Assembly: GCA_004377355.1 (NCBI GenBank)
Contig: SOIB01000066.1
Location: forward strand, 1-52,030
Direction: 5' to 3'
DNA: 52,030 nucleotides
Origin: Candidatus Stahliibacteriota bacterium
GTDB lineage: Bacteria; Hydrothermota; UBA3072
Under the pieces are notes generated by a model. That model saw only the letters and a list, made by a program, of their open reading frames with translations. It was not told the DNA's origin and ran no database searches. Below are positions 18,184-27,847 of the stretch, one piece after another. The position numbers were made by a program, and so were the translations under genes. Position 1 is the stretch's first letter. Every line of letters begins with the position of its first letter.

Positions 18184-19069
18184 TCCTTAACCTGTGTTTT
18201 TTTAAAGCCCAGTTGGCAGCGCCTACAGGACCAGCCTTATCACCTAATTTTGCTATTACTATTCTTACCCCTTCCATACACCGACTATCATAGGGATTGT
18301 TATCTTCTATAGCTTCAATTATTTGGTCCCCAGATTTTGATACACCACCTGCAAGAACTATTATATCAGGATCAAAAATCTCAACAACATTATTTATACC
18401 TATTCCGAGATAAAATCCAAATTCATCTACCACACGTTTTGAATATACTTCACCTCTGATTGCTCTTTTGAATATATCTTTCACAGTAACATCGTCATCT
18501 GTAAGAGTCTTATATCGATTGGTTAAAGCATAAGCACCAATAAAGGCTTCAAGACACCCTCGTTTACCACACTTACAGATTGGACCGCTATGATCGATTA
18601 TCGTATGCCCAATCTCACAGGCAAAACCTCTACTTCCAGTATACACCTCTTTATCTATAATGAATCCTCCCCCTATGCCAGTTCCAAGAGTAAAGCCAAC
18701 TACAATTCTATAATTTTTAGCAGCTCCATACAGAGCTTCACCAAGAATAACTGCATTAGCATCGTTAAAAACATATACATGCGAACCAGTCTCCTTTTTC
18801 AGTAATTCTTCAAGGTTTAGCTCATTAATTGTAGGCAGATTGGGGGGTGTATAAATAATGCCATTTTGAACAAAACCAGGGAACCCAACCCCAATAATAA
18901 CATCTTTTGTTATATCAAATGAAGCAATTAATTTTAAAAGTTCCTCTTTTATATTTTCAGTCTTAAAAGGAACCCTTCTGAAATCTTTCACGGTTCTCTC
19001 TTTTACCCAGCCGGCTTTTATATTCTGACCTCCTACATCAATACCGAGTACAGGGTAATTAAATTTCAT
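18155..19069 (-). CDS. ROK-family sugar kinase (glucokinase-like)
   Basis: GIDVGG, NDANA, TLGTGIGGG, EIGH...CKCGKRGCLEA. Confidence 0.92.
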   Translation of the reverse strand: MKFNYPVLGIDVGGQNIKAGWVKERTVKDFRRVPFKTENIKEELLKLIASFDITKDVIIGVGFPGFVQNGIIYTPPNLPTINELNLEELLKKETGSHVYVFNDANAVILGEALYGAAKNYRIVVGFTLGTGIGGGFIIDKEVYTGSRGFACEIGHTIIDHSGPICKCGKRGCLEAFIGAYALTNRYKTLTDDDVTVKDIFKRAIRGEVYSKRVVDEFGFYLGIGINNVVEIFDPDIIVLAGGVSKSGDQIIEAIEDNNPYDSRCMEGVRIVIAKLGDKAGPVGAANWALKKHRLRNGREFLGTY

Positions 19070-19080
19070 AGGATTAAAAG

Positions 19081-19098
19081 AATCCCTTGAAAGGGATT
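19081..19098 (-). terminator. hairpin terminator after pnp
   Basis: AATCCCTT-GA-AAGGGATT, followed by CTTTT on the minus strand. Confidence 0.55.
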
Positions 19099-19184
19099 AT
19101 ATTTAAAGAACTTTTGAATAAAGATTTTAGAGCTAATATTAAGCTCATAATTTCTTGAAGTTCCTTGAAAAGTTAAAATATATT

Positions 19185-21275
19185 TTACTCTTTCTTGTTT
19201 TCACTCCGGGAAATGAGGGCTTTACGAGAGAGGTCTATTTTTCCATCTTTATCCACTCTCTTAACCTTAACCCTTACTTTATCTCCGACTGAAAGAATAT
19301 CTTCAACCTTATTTACATGATAATGAGCAATTTCACTTATATGGAGTAGACCATCTTTGCCTCTACCAATATTAACAATAGCTCCAAATGGTAATATCTT
19401 TTTTACCTCGCCTTCATATACTTCACCAGGTATGACATCCTTAATAATGCCTCTAATCATTGCCTCCGCCCTCTGTACAGATTCTTTATCACTTGCTGAA
19501 ATTATTACAACACCTTCCTCATCATCAATCTCAATTTCAGCTTTGGTTTTACTAATTATCTCTCTAATAGTCTTACCAGCCGGACCAATTATCTCTCCTA
19601 TTTTATCCCTGGGGATATCAATCTTGATTATCCTTGGAGCATATTCACTCAATACATCGCGTGGGCGTGGTATAGTTTTCTCCATGCTTTCCAGTATCTC
19701 TAGCTTCCCTTCTTTAGCAACCTTCAATACTTCCTTAATTATATCAAGAGAGAGGTCTTGAATCTTCGTATCAAGTTGTATTCCAGTTATCCCTTCACGT
19801 GTTCCTGCCACTTTAAAATCCATATCTCCCATATGGTCTTCAGCACCAATAATATCAGTCAATAAACGGTAATTATCACCTTCTTTGACAAGACCTATAG
19901 AGAGGCCCGCAACATGTGACTTAACAGGAATACCTGAATCCATCATAGCAAGAGAGCATGCACAAACAGTAGCCATAGAAGAAGAACCATTGGATTCAAG
20001 AATGTCTGAAACTAATCTGATTGTATATGGAAATTCATCTTCACCAGGAATAACATACTGAAGTGACCGTTCGGCCAGGATTCCATGCCCAATTTCCCTC
20101 CTGCCTGGACCCCTCATCCACTTAACCTCTCCAACAGAAAAAGGAAGGAAATTGTAATGAACCATAAATCTTTTATATTCTTCACCAATCAGACGGTCTA
20201 ACTTCTGCTCATCCCTCTTTGAGCCCAGAGTAACTGCACAAAGACTCACAGTTTCTCCTCTCTGGAAAATGGCTGAACCATGAGGTCTCGGGAGGACCCC
20301 TACTTCACACCTAACAGGACGAATCTCATTAAGAACTCGCCCATCTATCCTTCTTCCTTCATTTAATATCCTATCCCTCATCTCCTTTTTTAGATATTCA
20401 TCTGTAATTTTTCCCACAAGATAGTGCTGTTCCTCTGGATATTCAGATTTAGTGTTTTCTATTATACTTTCTCTATATTTACTTCGTTCTATCTTACCTG
20501 GAATAGTACTCAACTTTTCAAACATACCCGTTACTTTTCCAGAAACCTCCTGATATAATTCATCTGGAATCTTCAGGGGTACATATGTACGTTCACCCTT
20601 ACCTACCTTCGCCTTTAAATCCTCCTGGAATCGTACCAACTCTATTATCTCTCTCTGCGATATTTCTACTGCAGCAGATACTATATCTTCATCAACCTCA
20701 TTCATTCTCCCTTCTATCATCGTGATTGCTTTTGACGTTCCAGCAACTATCATCTCCATTTTACTATTTTCCAGCTCACTTACTTTTGGATTTACTATAA
20801 ACTGATCATTAATCAATCCGATACTTACAGCACCAATTGGACCATTAAAAGGAATGTCAGATAAGCTAAGCGCTGCAGAAGCAGCACATACAGCCAGAGT
20901 GTGAGTATCATTTTCCTGATCATGAGACAACACTAACGCTACAATTTGTGTCTCATAAGAATAATCATCAGGTATTAAAGGTCTAATGGGCCTATCGATT
21001 AACCTCGAAATTAATATTTCTTTTTCCGAAGGTCTGCCCTCCCGCTTAAAGAATCCTCCGGGTATCTTTCCAGCAGAATATGTTCTCTCCTGATAATCAA
21101 CAGTAAATGCTGCAAAGTCAAGATTTTCTGGTTGTTCATCACTCGAGCAGGCTGTTGCGAGAACTACTGTTCCCCCGCATGTCACCTTTACAGACCCTGA
21201 TGCTTGTTTGGCAAGTCTTCCGGCTTCAAAAACTAATTCTTTATCACCAACTTTCACAGTGCCTATATATTCCAT
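19185..21275 (-). CDS. pnp: polyribonucleotide nucleotidyltransferase
   Basis: GKIPGGFFKREG, RREIGHG, SNGSSSMA, DMDFKVAGT, KH and S1 domains. Confidence 0.98.
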   Translation of the reverse strand: MEYIGTVKVGDKELVFEAGRLAKQASGSVKVTCGGTVVLATACSSDEQPENLDFAAFTVDYQERTYSAGKIPGGFFKREGRPSEKEILISRLIDRPIRPLIPDDYSYETQIVALVLSHDQENDTHTLAVCAASAALSLSDIPFNGPIGAVSIGLINDQFIVNPKVSELENSKMEMIVAGTSKAITMIEGRMNEVDEDIVSAAVEISQREIIELVRFQEDLKAKVGKGERTYVPLKIPDELYQEVSGKVTGMFEKLSTIPGKIERSKYRESIIENTKSEYPEEQHYLVGKITDEYLKKEMRDRILNEGRRIDGRVLNEIRPVRCEVGVLPRPHGSAIFQRGETVSLCAVTLGSKRDEQKLDRLIGEEYKRFMVHYNFLPFSVGEVKWMRGPGRREIGHGILAERSLQYVIPGEDEFPYTIRLVSDILESNGSSSMATVCACSLAMMDSGIPVKSHVAGLSIGLVKEGDNYRLLTDIIGAEDHMGDMDFKVAGTREGITGIQLDTKIQDLSLDIIKEVLKVAKEGKLEILESMEKTIPRPRDVLSEYAPRIIKIDIPRDKIGEIIGPAGKTIREIISKTKAEIEIDDEEGVVIISASDKESVQRAEAMIRGIIKDVIPGEVYEGEVKKILPFGAIVNIGRGKDGLLHISEIAHYHVNKVEDILSVGDKVRVKVKRVDKDGKIDLSRKALISRSENKKE

Positions 21276-21287
21276 AATAACACCCAA

Positions 21288-21557
21288 TTAGAAACGGAGG
21301 TCCAGTTCTTTCTTAATCTTGTTAAATCTTTCAGGGTCTTTTCTCCTGAGATAATTCAACAATTTCTTTCTTGTTGACACCATAACTTCTAACCCTTTAC
21401 GGGAATGAAAGTCCTTTTCCTCCTTTTTTAGATGCTCTGTTAACTGATTGATTCTTTTTGTAAGCAGTGATACTTGAACTTCAGGGGATCCTGTATCCTT
21501 ATCATGCCGGGCGAATTTCTTCACAATATCCTTTTTACTCATATTTGAAATTTTCAT
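21288..21557 (-). CDS. rpsO: 30S ribosomal protein S15
   Basis: DTGSPEVQVSLLT..I..L..H...KDFHSRKGL. Confidence 0.97.
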   Translation of the reverse strand: MKISNMSKKDIVKKFARHDKDTGSPEVQVSLLTKRINQLTEHLKKEEKDFHSRKGLEVMVSTRKKLLNYLRRKDPERFNKIKKELDLRF

Positions 21558-22501
21558 TTATAAACCTCCTTAAGAGTCTTCATCACTTCTTCCTTATTTC
21601 TTTTTATGCTTTCTTTTAATAATTCTTTTGATGAGAAACATTTCACCTTTCTGATAAAAGAATATACATCACATTCTATTCTCTGTTCATAAAGGTCACC
21701 TGTAAAATCTATCAAATGTAATTCTATCTTTCTCTCTTCTATTCCATGGGTTGGTGAACTCCCAATATAAAGCATAGCAGGAAAATCCCCTTGTTTAATT
21801 CTCACAATAGAAGAATAAACACCATTAGGGGGAAGAAGTTTATATTCAGTATCCAATTTTATATTCGCAGTAGGGTAACCTAATTCTTCTCCTAATCCAT
21901 GCCCCTTACTAACCGTTCCACTAATAGAATATGTACATCCAAGCAGTTTTGGCACCACTTCCATCTCTCCCTCATGAATCAACTCTCTAATCACAGTACT
22001 TTTCACTGCTTCCCCATTAACCCTCACCTCTGGATATACTATTACTTCAAATCCCAGACTTTCACCTAAACTCTGAAGATAATCGGGGGTACCCTTTCTT
22101 CCCTTTCCAAAATGATGGTCATAGCCAATAATTACCCTATCGGGATTTAACCGTTCCTTAATAACTTCCTTTGCAAATGTATCCGGAAGCATATTTGAAA
22201 CTTCTAAATTAAAATTAATAAAAATAATATTTTTTACCGAAAGACTATTAAGTAGAGATTGTTTTTCTGTATCCGTTGTTAGTAGAAAAGAACTTTTTAC
22301 TCTACCAAGGGCTATAGCTGGATGAGGGGAATAGGTCAAAATAGTTACTTCTCCTTGCTTTTTTGCCTCCTGTATTAAACTCCTATGACCTAAATGTACA
22401 CCATCAAAGTTACCCATAGCAAGAAGTCCAGAAATAGGTGATAAATCACGCCAATTATGTACTGTATAAGACTTTAACAGGCTGAACTGCATAGGTTTCA
22501 C
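21554..22501 (-). CDS. ribF: bifunctional riboflavin kinase / FAD synthetase
   Basis: GNFDGVHLGH, GYDHHFG, GYPTAN, ELHLIDF; start approximate. Confidence 0.95.
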   Translation of the reverse strand: MKPMQFSLLKSYTVHNWRDLSPISGLLAMGNFDGVHLGHRSLIQEAKKQGEVTILTYSPHPAIALGRVKSSFLLTTDTEKQSLLNSLSVKNIIFINFNLEVSNMLPDTFAKEVIKERLNPDRVIIGYDHHFGKGRKGTPDYLQSLGESLGFEVIVYPEVRVNGEAVKSTVIRELIHEGEMEVVPKLLGCTYSISGTVSKGHGLGEELGYPTANIKLDTEYKLLPPNGVYSSIVRIKQGDFPAMLYIGSSPTHGIEERKIELHLIDFTGDLYEQRIECDVYSFIRKVKCFSSKELLKESIKRNKEEVMKTLKEVYK

Positions 22502-23300
22502 CCTTTCCTATTCCGATTAAATTACCCAGATGATTTTTTACCTGATATAATCCTTCAGGATAGAATCCTCTAACCTTTCCTCCATGAACAAAATTCCAGA
22601 CACCTTCCTCATCCAGGGTTATTGCAGATAAATGTGGTAATGCATCCCTCAATTTTATAACCTTCAATTTACCTTCCTCAATATCACTTAATTTTAAAGC
22701 GTCGGTAATATCATATGGATCGACTTTAACTCTTGTTAATTTACTCAAGTGGGCTCCATACCCTAGAGAGTTTCCAATATCTCTAGCCAGAGCACGCATA
22801 TAAGTACCTCTATTTGCTATACATCGCATAACAAAGAATGGAGGAGAAAAATCCAATAATTTAAGTTTCTTAATATATACATCCCGGATTGGTAAGTCTT
22901 TAATCTCTATACCCTCTCTTGCTTTCTTATAGAGTCGTTCTCCATCCTTCTTTATTGCACTATAAAGAGGAACCTTCTGTTTAATTTTTCCCCTAAATTT
23001 AGGGAGAACCTCCTCAAGTTTTTCCTTTGGAAAATCTGGAACAGCGGTTTGTTTAATAATATTTCCGTCTGGATCATCCGTATCTGTTATAATACCCAAT
23101 CTAACTGTACAAATGTATTCTTTAAAATCCCCTATATATTCCATCACTTTGGTTGCGTTTCCATATAATACAACAACTAATCCTTCAGCAAATGGATCAA
23201 GTGTTCCTGCATGACCAGCTTTTTTGAGATGGAGAATTTTCTTTACTCTGTTTAATAAGGCTGTGGTTCTTATTCCAGAGTCCTTATTTACAAGAATCAC
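22455..23300 (-). CDS. truB: tRNA pseudouridine(55) synthase
   Basis: KAGHAGTLDPFAEG, TDTDD, PLYSAIK..G.RLY, GTYMRALARD; start uncertain (GTG 23300 or further upstream). Confidence 0.95.
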   Translation of the reverse strand: MILVNKDSGIRTTALLNRVKKILHLKKAGHAGTLDPFAEGLVVVLYGNATKVMEYIGDFKEYICTVRLGIITDTDDPDGNIIKQTAVPDFPKEKLEEVLPKFRGKIKQKVPLYSAIKKDGERLYKKAREGIEIKDLPIRDVYIKKLKLLDFSPPFFVMRCIANRGTYMRALARDIGNSLGYGAHLSKLTRVKVDPYDITDALKLSDIEEGKLKVIKLRDALPHLSAITLDEEGVWNFVHGGKVRGFYPEGLYQVKNHLGNLIGIGKGETYAVQPVKVLYST

Positions 23301-23304
23301 TCCA

Positions 23305-24345
23305 TCAGAAGGAATACTGTGCTGAGAGTCTATAGTTTGATGTTTCAAATTCATATATTTCTTGATCTGCTGAAATGTCAAAATAAAAGGTCTTATACTG
23401 GAACCCTGCTCCAAATGTTGGACCTACCCTTTTACCTATTCGGTCAATAAAATACCCCGACCTTAAAGAGAAAAGCTCATTAAAGATATATTCTATACCA
23501 GCTGCCTTCCAGGTATCTTCCCATATCCCGCTAAAGTCAGTGTAATCATCAATATTTACAATGATTTTTGTTAAGTCTATATTAAATCTCAGTTGATGGC
23601 GTTCATTCTCAAGAATTCCAAGTGAAGAACTTAATCGAATAGTTCTGGGAAGAGGATCAGAATTGCCACCTTCAATATAACGTATCTCTGTTCCCATATT
23701 CTGAAAGGCCAGTCCCAGACGTAATACACTAAGCCAATCCATTCCTAAGGCATTAATATTCATAAAATTATTCCATCTGTAAAAAACTGAACCATCTAAT
23801 GCCCATGCATGGCCTGTACCTCCACTTAAAACACCACCAATCTCTCTTCCTAATTCTTCAATTACATCATCAGGAGCCAAAAAGGAATATATATACTTCA
23901 TACCAAGAGAAAGACCCAGTTTTTCCGAAACGGGCATTGTTCCCGCTAATTTAATAGCAATATCATAAGTAATCCATTCCCTTTCTAATCCACCTACTGT
24001 GGCCAAGGTTCTACCGGTGGTTAGATAAATTATTGTAGCTGTAAAATTAATATCTCCTGCAACTGGCATCAAAAACGCAAGATATTCATAATACATACCT
24101 GGATAAAGTCCTGGTAACCAATTTGAGTGTTGGAGACCAATAATTTTCTTTTGAGTAAATGCCAAGCATGCATTATTGTAATAAGTTGAGAATATATCAC
24201 CCTCTATAGCTCCAAAAGCTCCACCCATCGAAGTTGCTCTTGAACCTGGGAATATCATTAAAAAAACCGCTCCGGCTTCAAGTGAACTTGAGAATAGTGG
24301 TAGCACACAAACCAATAATGCAAAAACAATCAATATTCGTCTTAT
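23305..24345 (-). CDS. PorV/PorQ-family outer-membrane barrel (T9SS shuttle-like)
   Basis: FLMIFPGSRATSMGGAF...STYYN..LAF...HSNWL typical of PorV; amphipathic strands; terminal Phe; probable ATA start at 24345. Confidence 0.8.
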   Translation of the reverse strand: MRRILIVFALLVCVLPLFSSSLEAGAVFLMIFPGSRATSMGGAFGAIEGDIFSTYYNNACLAFTQKKIIGLQHSNWLPGLYPGMYYEYLAFLMPVAGDINFTATIIYLTTGRTLATVGGLEREWITYDIAIKLAGTMPVSEKLGLSLGMKYIYSFLAPDDVIEELGREIGGVLSGGTGHAWALDGSVFYRWNNFMNINALGMDWLSVLRLGLAFQNMGTEIRYIEGGNSDPLPRTIRLSSSLGILENERHQLRFNIDLTKIIVNIDDYTDFSGIWEDTWKAAGIEYIFNELFSLRSGYFIDRIGKRVGPTFGAGFQYKTFYFDISADQEIYEFETSNYRLSAQYSF

Positions 24346-24406
24346 TTCTCCTCCTCATTGCAAAGGTTCATAACAATTTAATCTCTCCTACCCCCCTCGT
24401 GGGTAT

Positions 24407-24471
24407 AGAATAACATATTCAGTCTTAATGTCAACCCCACCCTTGACATCAATCTACTCCTGTAATATATA
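24407..24471. promoter_or_regulatory. divergent sigma70 promoters (porV operon / acyP-apt)
   Basis: Minus: TTGACA-16 nt-TATTCT with extended TG; plus: TTGACA(24443)-17 nt-TATATA. Confidence 0.55.
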
Positions 24472-24480
24472 CATAAAAAG

Positions 24481-24753
24481 ATGAAAAGGATTCATATGTG
24501 GGTAAGTGGTATTGTTCAGGGAGTTGCTTTCAGGTATTTTGCAAGAAAAATAGCAAGAGAGTTAGAACTAACCGGTTGGGTCAAGAATTTATACAACGGT
24601 AAGGTAGAAATTGTAGCAGAGGGTGAAGAATGGCAACTGAAGAAGTTAGTTATGGATCTTCAAATCGGTCCTCCTGCCGCCACAGTAACAGGAGTTGAGG
24701 TCAAAGAGGAGGAATTTAAAAATGAATTTGATAAATTTGAAGTGAGGTTTTAA
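24481..24753 (+). CDS. acyP: acylphosphatase
   Basis: VSGIVQGVAFR...GWVKNLYNGKVE..AEG. Confidence 0.93.
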   Translation: MKRIHMWVSGIVQGVAFRYFARKIARELELTGWVKNLYNGKVEIVAEGEEWQLKKLVMDLQIGPPAATVTGVEVKEEEFKNEFDKFEVRF

Positions 24754-25269
24754 ATGAAAAAACTCAAAAGTAAAATTAGAGATATTCCCGATTTTCCAGT
24801 AAAGGGCGTCCTCTTCAGAGATATTACAACACTCTTAAAAGATATAGACGCCTTTAATGAGTCAATAGAACGCATGGCTGAAATCATAAAAGAAAAGAAA
24901 GTAGATAAAATCATTGGAATTGAAGCACGTGGCTTTATCTTTGCTGCTCCAATTGCCTATAAACTAAAAGTCCCTCTTAACCTGATCAGAAAACCTGGTA
25001 AACTACCTGCAGAAACCGTAAGTGAATCTTATAAACTTGAATATGGTGAGAATACAGTGGAAATACATAAAGACGCAATCACTAAAGGAGATAAGGTGGT
25101 AATATGTGACGATCTTCTTGCAACGGGTGGAACTGCAAAAGCCAGTGCACAGCTTGTTACAAGACTGGGAGGAGAGGTTGTTAGTATTCTTTTTCTTATT
25201 GAATTAACAGACTTAAAAGGCAGGGATAAACTAAAAGACTATCCTGTGGATTCTATCTTAAAGTATTAG
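24754..25269 (+). CDS. apt: adenine phosphoribosyltransferase
   Basis: DFP..G.LFRDIT, EARGF, RKPGKLP, LEYG, DDLLATGGT. Confidence 0.97.
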   Translation: MKKLKSKIRDIPDFPVKGVLFRDITTLLKDIDAFNESIERMAEIIKEKKVDKIIGIEARGFIFAAPIAYKLKVPLNLIRKPGKLPAETVSESYKLEYGENTVEIHKDAITKGDKVVICDDLLATGGTAKASAQLVTRLGGEVVSILFLIELTDLKGRDKLKDYPVDSILKY

Positions 25270-25622
25270 AAAAAATCAAAATCAAAGCCTTTCCATCTCA
25301 TGATAGTCTAATATTAACATAGCATCCTCGTTTCACAAATTTAGGTTCTATATTTTTACAAACCTATGATAAAGCTTGACGACCTTTGAATTTCTCATTA
25401 GAATATTGGACTCTAGTATGTTCAGTAGAATCAGATTTTATATCACGAGAAGGTCATAAAATCCGTTATTGCACTTCAGAATCAAAAAATCATGAAACTT
25501 CTCGTTTTTTACAAATTAAAAGGATGGGTAGGAGAAGCGTTTGTTTACAAATTTTTTTTATATGGGACAAATAAATTGTAATATGCAAATATATGTCGCA
25601 TTATGCATTAAATTTAGAAAGT

Positions 25623-25668
25623 TAACTTATTGATTCGTGGGCGATTAATTTTTGGCATAAAAATTGTT
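25623..25668 (+). promoter_or_regulatory. IHF site plus sigma54-like promoter upstream of the pilin
   Basis: Minus-strand AATCAATAAGTTA matches WATCAANNNNTTR; TTGGCATAAAAATTGTT gives -24 GG and -12 GT (one mismatch). Confidence 0.5.
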
Positions 25669-25681
25669 GTATATTTGCGTT

Positions 25682-26077
25682 ATGAAGTATAAAATTAATA
25701 TTGGGTTTACTTTGATTGAATTAATGATTATAATAGTAATCATCGGAATCCTTGCTGCTATCGCAATCCCTAATATTATAAAAATTATAAACAGGGCGAA
25801 GGAAGCTAGGGTTAGGAGTAATATTCATACCGTGCAATTTGAGGTAGAGTTATATCAAGTTGACCATCCCGAGAGTTATCCATCAGATGTTGATGTAATA
25901 AAGCACCATCTCCCAGCACATTTGAAGAACCCCTTTAATGAGACGAACCCTGTTCTTCAATATGCGAGTGATCTTGATATCGATGGAGTGGTTGAGTGCA
26001 ATTCGGAAATTCTACGAAAAATGGATTTTTTTTTAAATACCATTGACAAATTGTCCATTATTATTTATAATTGCTAA
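25682..26077 (+). CDS. type IV pilin / pseudopilin (prepilin N-methylation motif), C-terminus probably truncated
   Basis: G|FTLIELMIIIVIIGILAAIAIP, RAKEARVRSN, NPF; last ~25 codons overlap a consensus promoter. Confidence 0.8.
   Translation: MKYKINIGFTLIELMIIIVIIGILAAIAIPNIIKIINRAKEARVRSNIHTVQFEVELYQVDHPESYPSDVDVIKHHLPAHLKNPFNETNPVLQYASDLDIDGVVECNSEILRKMDFFLNTIDKLSIIIYNC
26043..26071 (+). promoter_or_regulatory. perfect consensus sigma70 promoter for the four-gene cassette
   Basis: TTGACA-17 nt-TATAAT. Confidence 0.8.
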
Positions 26078-26083
26078 GGTGAT

Positions 26084-26524
26084 ATGATGTTATTATGGAT
26101 TCCTTTACTTATATGTGGGCAAACACCGGTAGAGATTAATTTCTCCAACCGAGAAGCACTGGCTTTAGAGATAACAGTGAAGGATCTGTATATTGGACTT
26201 GTGAATCCTGCAACAGGACCTATTGAAATCCCCGGAGCAATTGAAGGTAAGATATATGCGAACACTAATTGGGTTCTGATAAGTTCAACACAAGAAGATT
26301 TTATATCATTAGAAGGAAATACAATTCCTATTAACCGATTAAAGTGGAGGGTCGGTGGTAAGGATTACAGCCCATTCAAAATGGGAGATGTTCATTTATT
26401 GGAAGGTAACCCAACGAGTGAAGATGGAATGTATTTCTCTGTGGATTTGATGCTGGATCTGAAATGGAAAGATGAAGCAGGGGAATATTCCACAAAGTTG
26501 ATGTTTACCGTTATGAAACAATAG
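26084..26524 (+). CDS. secreted pilin-like subunit (Csu/spore-coat-U/WxL-like beta sandwich)
   Basis: Hydrophobic N-terminus; NTNWVL, IPINRLKW; C-terminal strand AGEYSTKLMFTV. Confidence 0.6.
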   Translation: MMLLWIPLLICGQTPVEINFSNREALALEITVKDLYIGLVNPATGPIEIPGAIEGKIYANTNWVLISSTQEDFISLEGNTIPINRLKWRVGGKDYSPFKMGDVHLLEGNPTSEDGMYFSVDLMLDLKWKDEAGEYSTKLMFTVMKQ

Positions 26525-26538
26525 AAAGGAGGTATAAA

Positions 26539-27078
26539 ATGCGTAGATTTATTTATTTGATTCTTCTTATACCGTTTGTAGTATTTGCGATTGGGACTTC
26601 AAAAGGTGATTCTCCTCAATCTCAAACAGCCACTCTTACCCTCAAGATTTCCAACAGTGTTGGTATAACAGTTAACAATGATGCAGAGTGGGATTTCACT
26701 ACAGTGCCCAATTTCCCACCAGATGTCTTCCCTCAGTACTATTATCCAACCACCCCAGCCTCGAGTCCTTATCAGCAACTTGAGTACATGGTTTATGGTG
26801 CGGCTGTAGGAGTACTTTGGGAGGTCATTGTTTCTGGAGACGGAGATCCAAACCCTGCCTGTGGTATTCTGCTTGGAGATATAGAATTCAGTGTAGCTGG
26901 TGCGGAGTCATGGACTCCATTCCATACATCCGCTACGCCCGATCAGATTGCAAATGGTTCAGGCAAAACAGCTGGTTGGGTCTCACTAAATCAGGATTAC
27001 CGCGTTAATATAGATGGCGATGAGGTATCGACTGTCGGTTCAACCGTCACCATAACCTATACCATCCAGACTCTTTAA
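26539..27078 (+). CDS. secreted pilin-like subunit (probable major subunit)
   Basis: Strong RBS AAGGAGGT, signal peptide MRRFIYLILL, N-terminal strand QTATLTLKI, C-terminal STVTITYTIQ. Confidence 0.6.
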   Translation: MRRFIYLILLIPFVVFAIGTSKGDSPQSQTATLTLKISNSVGITVNNDAEWDFTTVPNFPPDVFPQYYYPTTPASSPYQQLEYMVYGAAVGVLWEVIVSGDGDPNPACGILLGDIEFSVAGAESWTPFHTSATPDQIANGSGKTAGWVSLNQDYRVNIDGDEVSTVGSTVTITYTIQTL

Positions 27079-27121
27079 TGGTTAATAAAACTGGCCCTCC
27101 CTTCTAATCATTAATATGTAG

Positions 27122-27841
27122 ATGATAAATTTACTCCTTGCTGTTTCCCTCCTTGTTTCTCCTATGCGTATCGAAGTAACCACTTTACCGGGAGTGGTTA
27201 TGAAAGAAATTATTGTAAAGAATGCCGATGAATTCAATGAATCCCGGTTTGTTATTTATGAGGGGGATTGGAGACTTGATCCATGGGGGGTTGTATCGTA
27301 CTTTCCTCCTGGAAGCCTTACTACTTCATGTTCTGATTGGATTTCCATAAATCCCCGGGAATTTACCTTACCACCGGGTGAGCAGGAAGTAGTAAGGGTG
27401 ACATTTGATGTTCCTCCAGAGACAGAAGGCAGTTTCTGGAGCGTTATCTTCATTGAGGGAAAGCCGCCTGAGAGAGAAGAATGGACACCGCTTCTTCAAC
27501 TTGCGGGTAGAATTGGTATATCTACCTACCTCGAAATTGCCGGAACAGTGGTGCGGCAGGCTACTATCAAGGATATGAAAGTAGAGGATAACAACGTAAT
27601 TATAGAATTCTACAATGAGGGAAATCACTGGGTGAGGCCTGAGATCAAACTCTGGATTTCCAGAGGAAAAGAGAAGATATATTCTGATTCTGTTAAAACC
27701 TCTCTTGTGCTTCCTGAATCCAGGAGATACTATAAATTCAATCTGGATGATCTAGAACTCCATTCGGGTGACAGTATAATAACCCGGATAGATTATGGAG
27801 GAGAAAAAATACTGTTGGGGATCAAGGATATTAAATATTAA
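27122..27841 (+). CDS. PapD/DUF916-like pilus assembly chaperone
   Basis: VSPMRIE, WISINPREFTLPPGEQEVVRV, FWSVIFIE, NEGNHWVR. Confidence 0.7.
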   Translation: MINLLLAVSLLVSPMRIEVTTLPGVVMKEIIVKNADEFNESRFVIYEGDWRLDPWGVVSYFPPGSLTTSCSDWISINPREFTLPPGEQEVVRVTFDVPPETEGSFWSVIFIEGKPPEREEWTPLLQLAGRIGISTYLEIAGTVVRQATIKDMKVEDNNVIIEFYNEGNHWVRPEIKLWISRGKEKIYSDSVKTSLVLPESRRYYKFNLDDLELHSGDSIITRIDYGGEKILLGIKDIKY

Positions 27842-27847
27842 TCGATA

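Noticed and set aside
23306-23414. Long N-terminal extension of TruB
   Set aside because: Overlaps the porV 3' end; TruB similarity begins at DGVILVNKD
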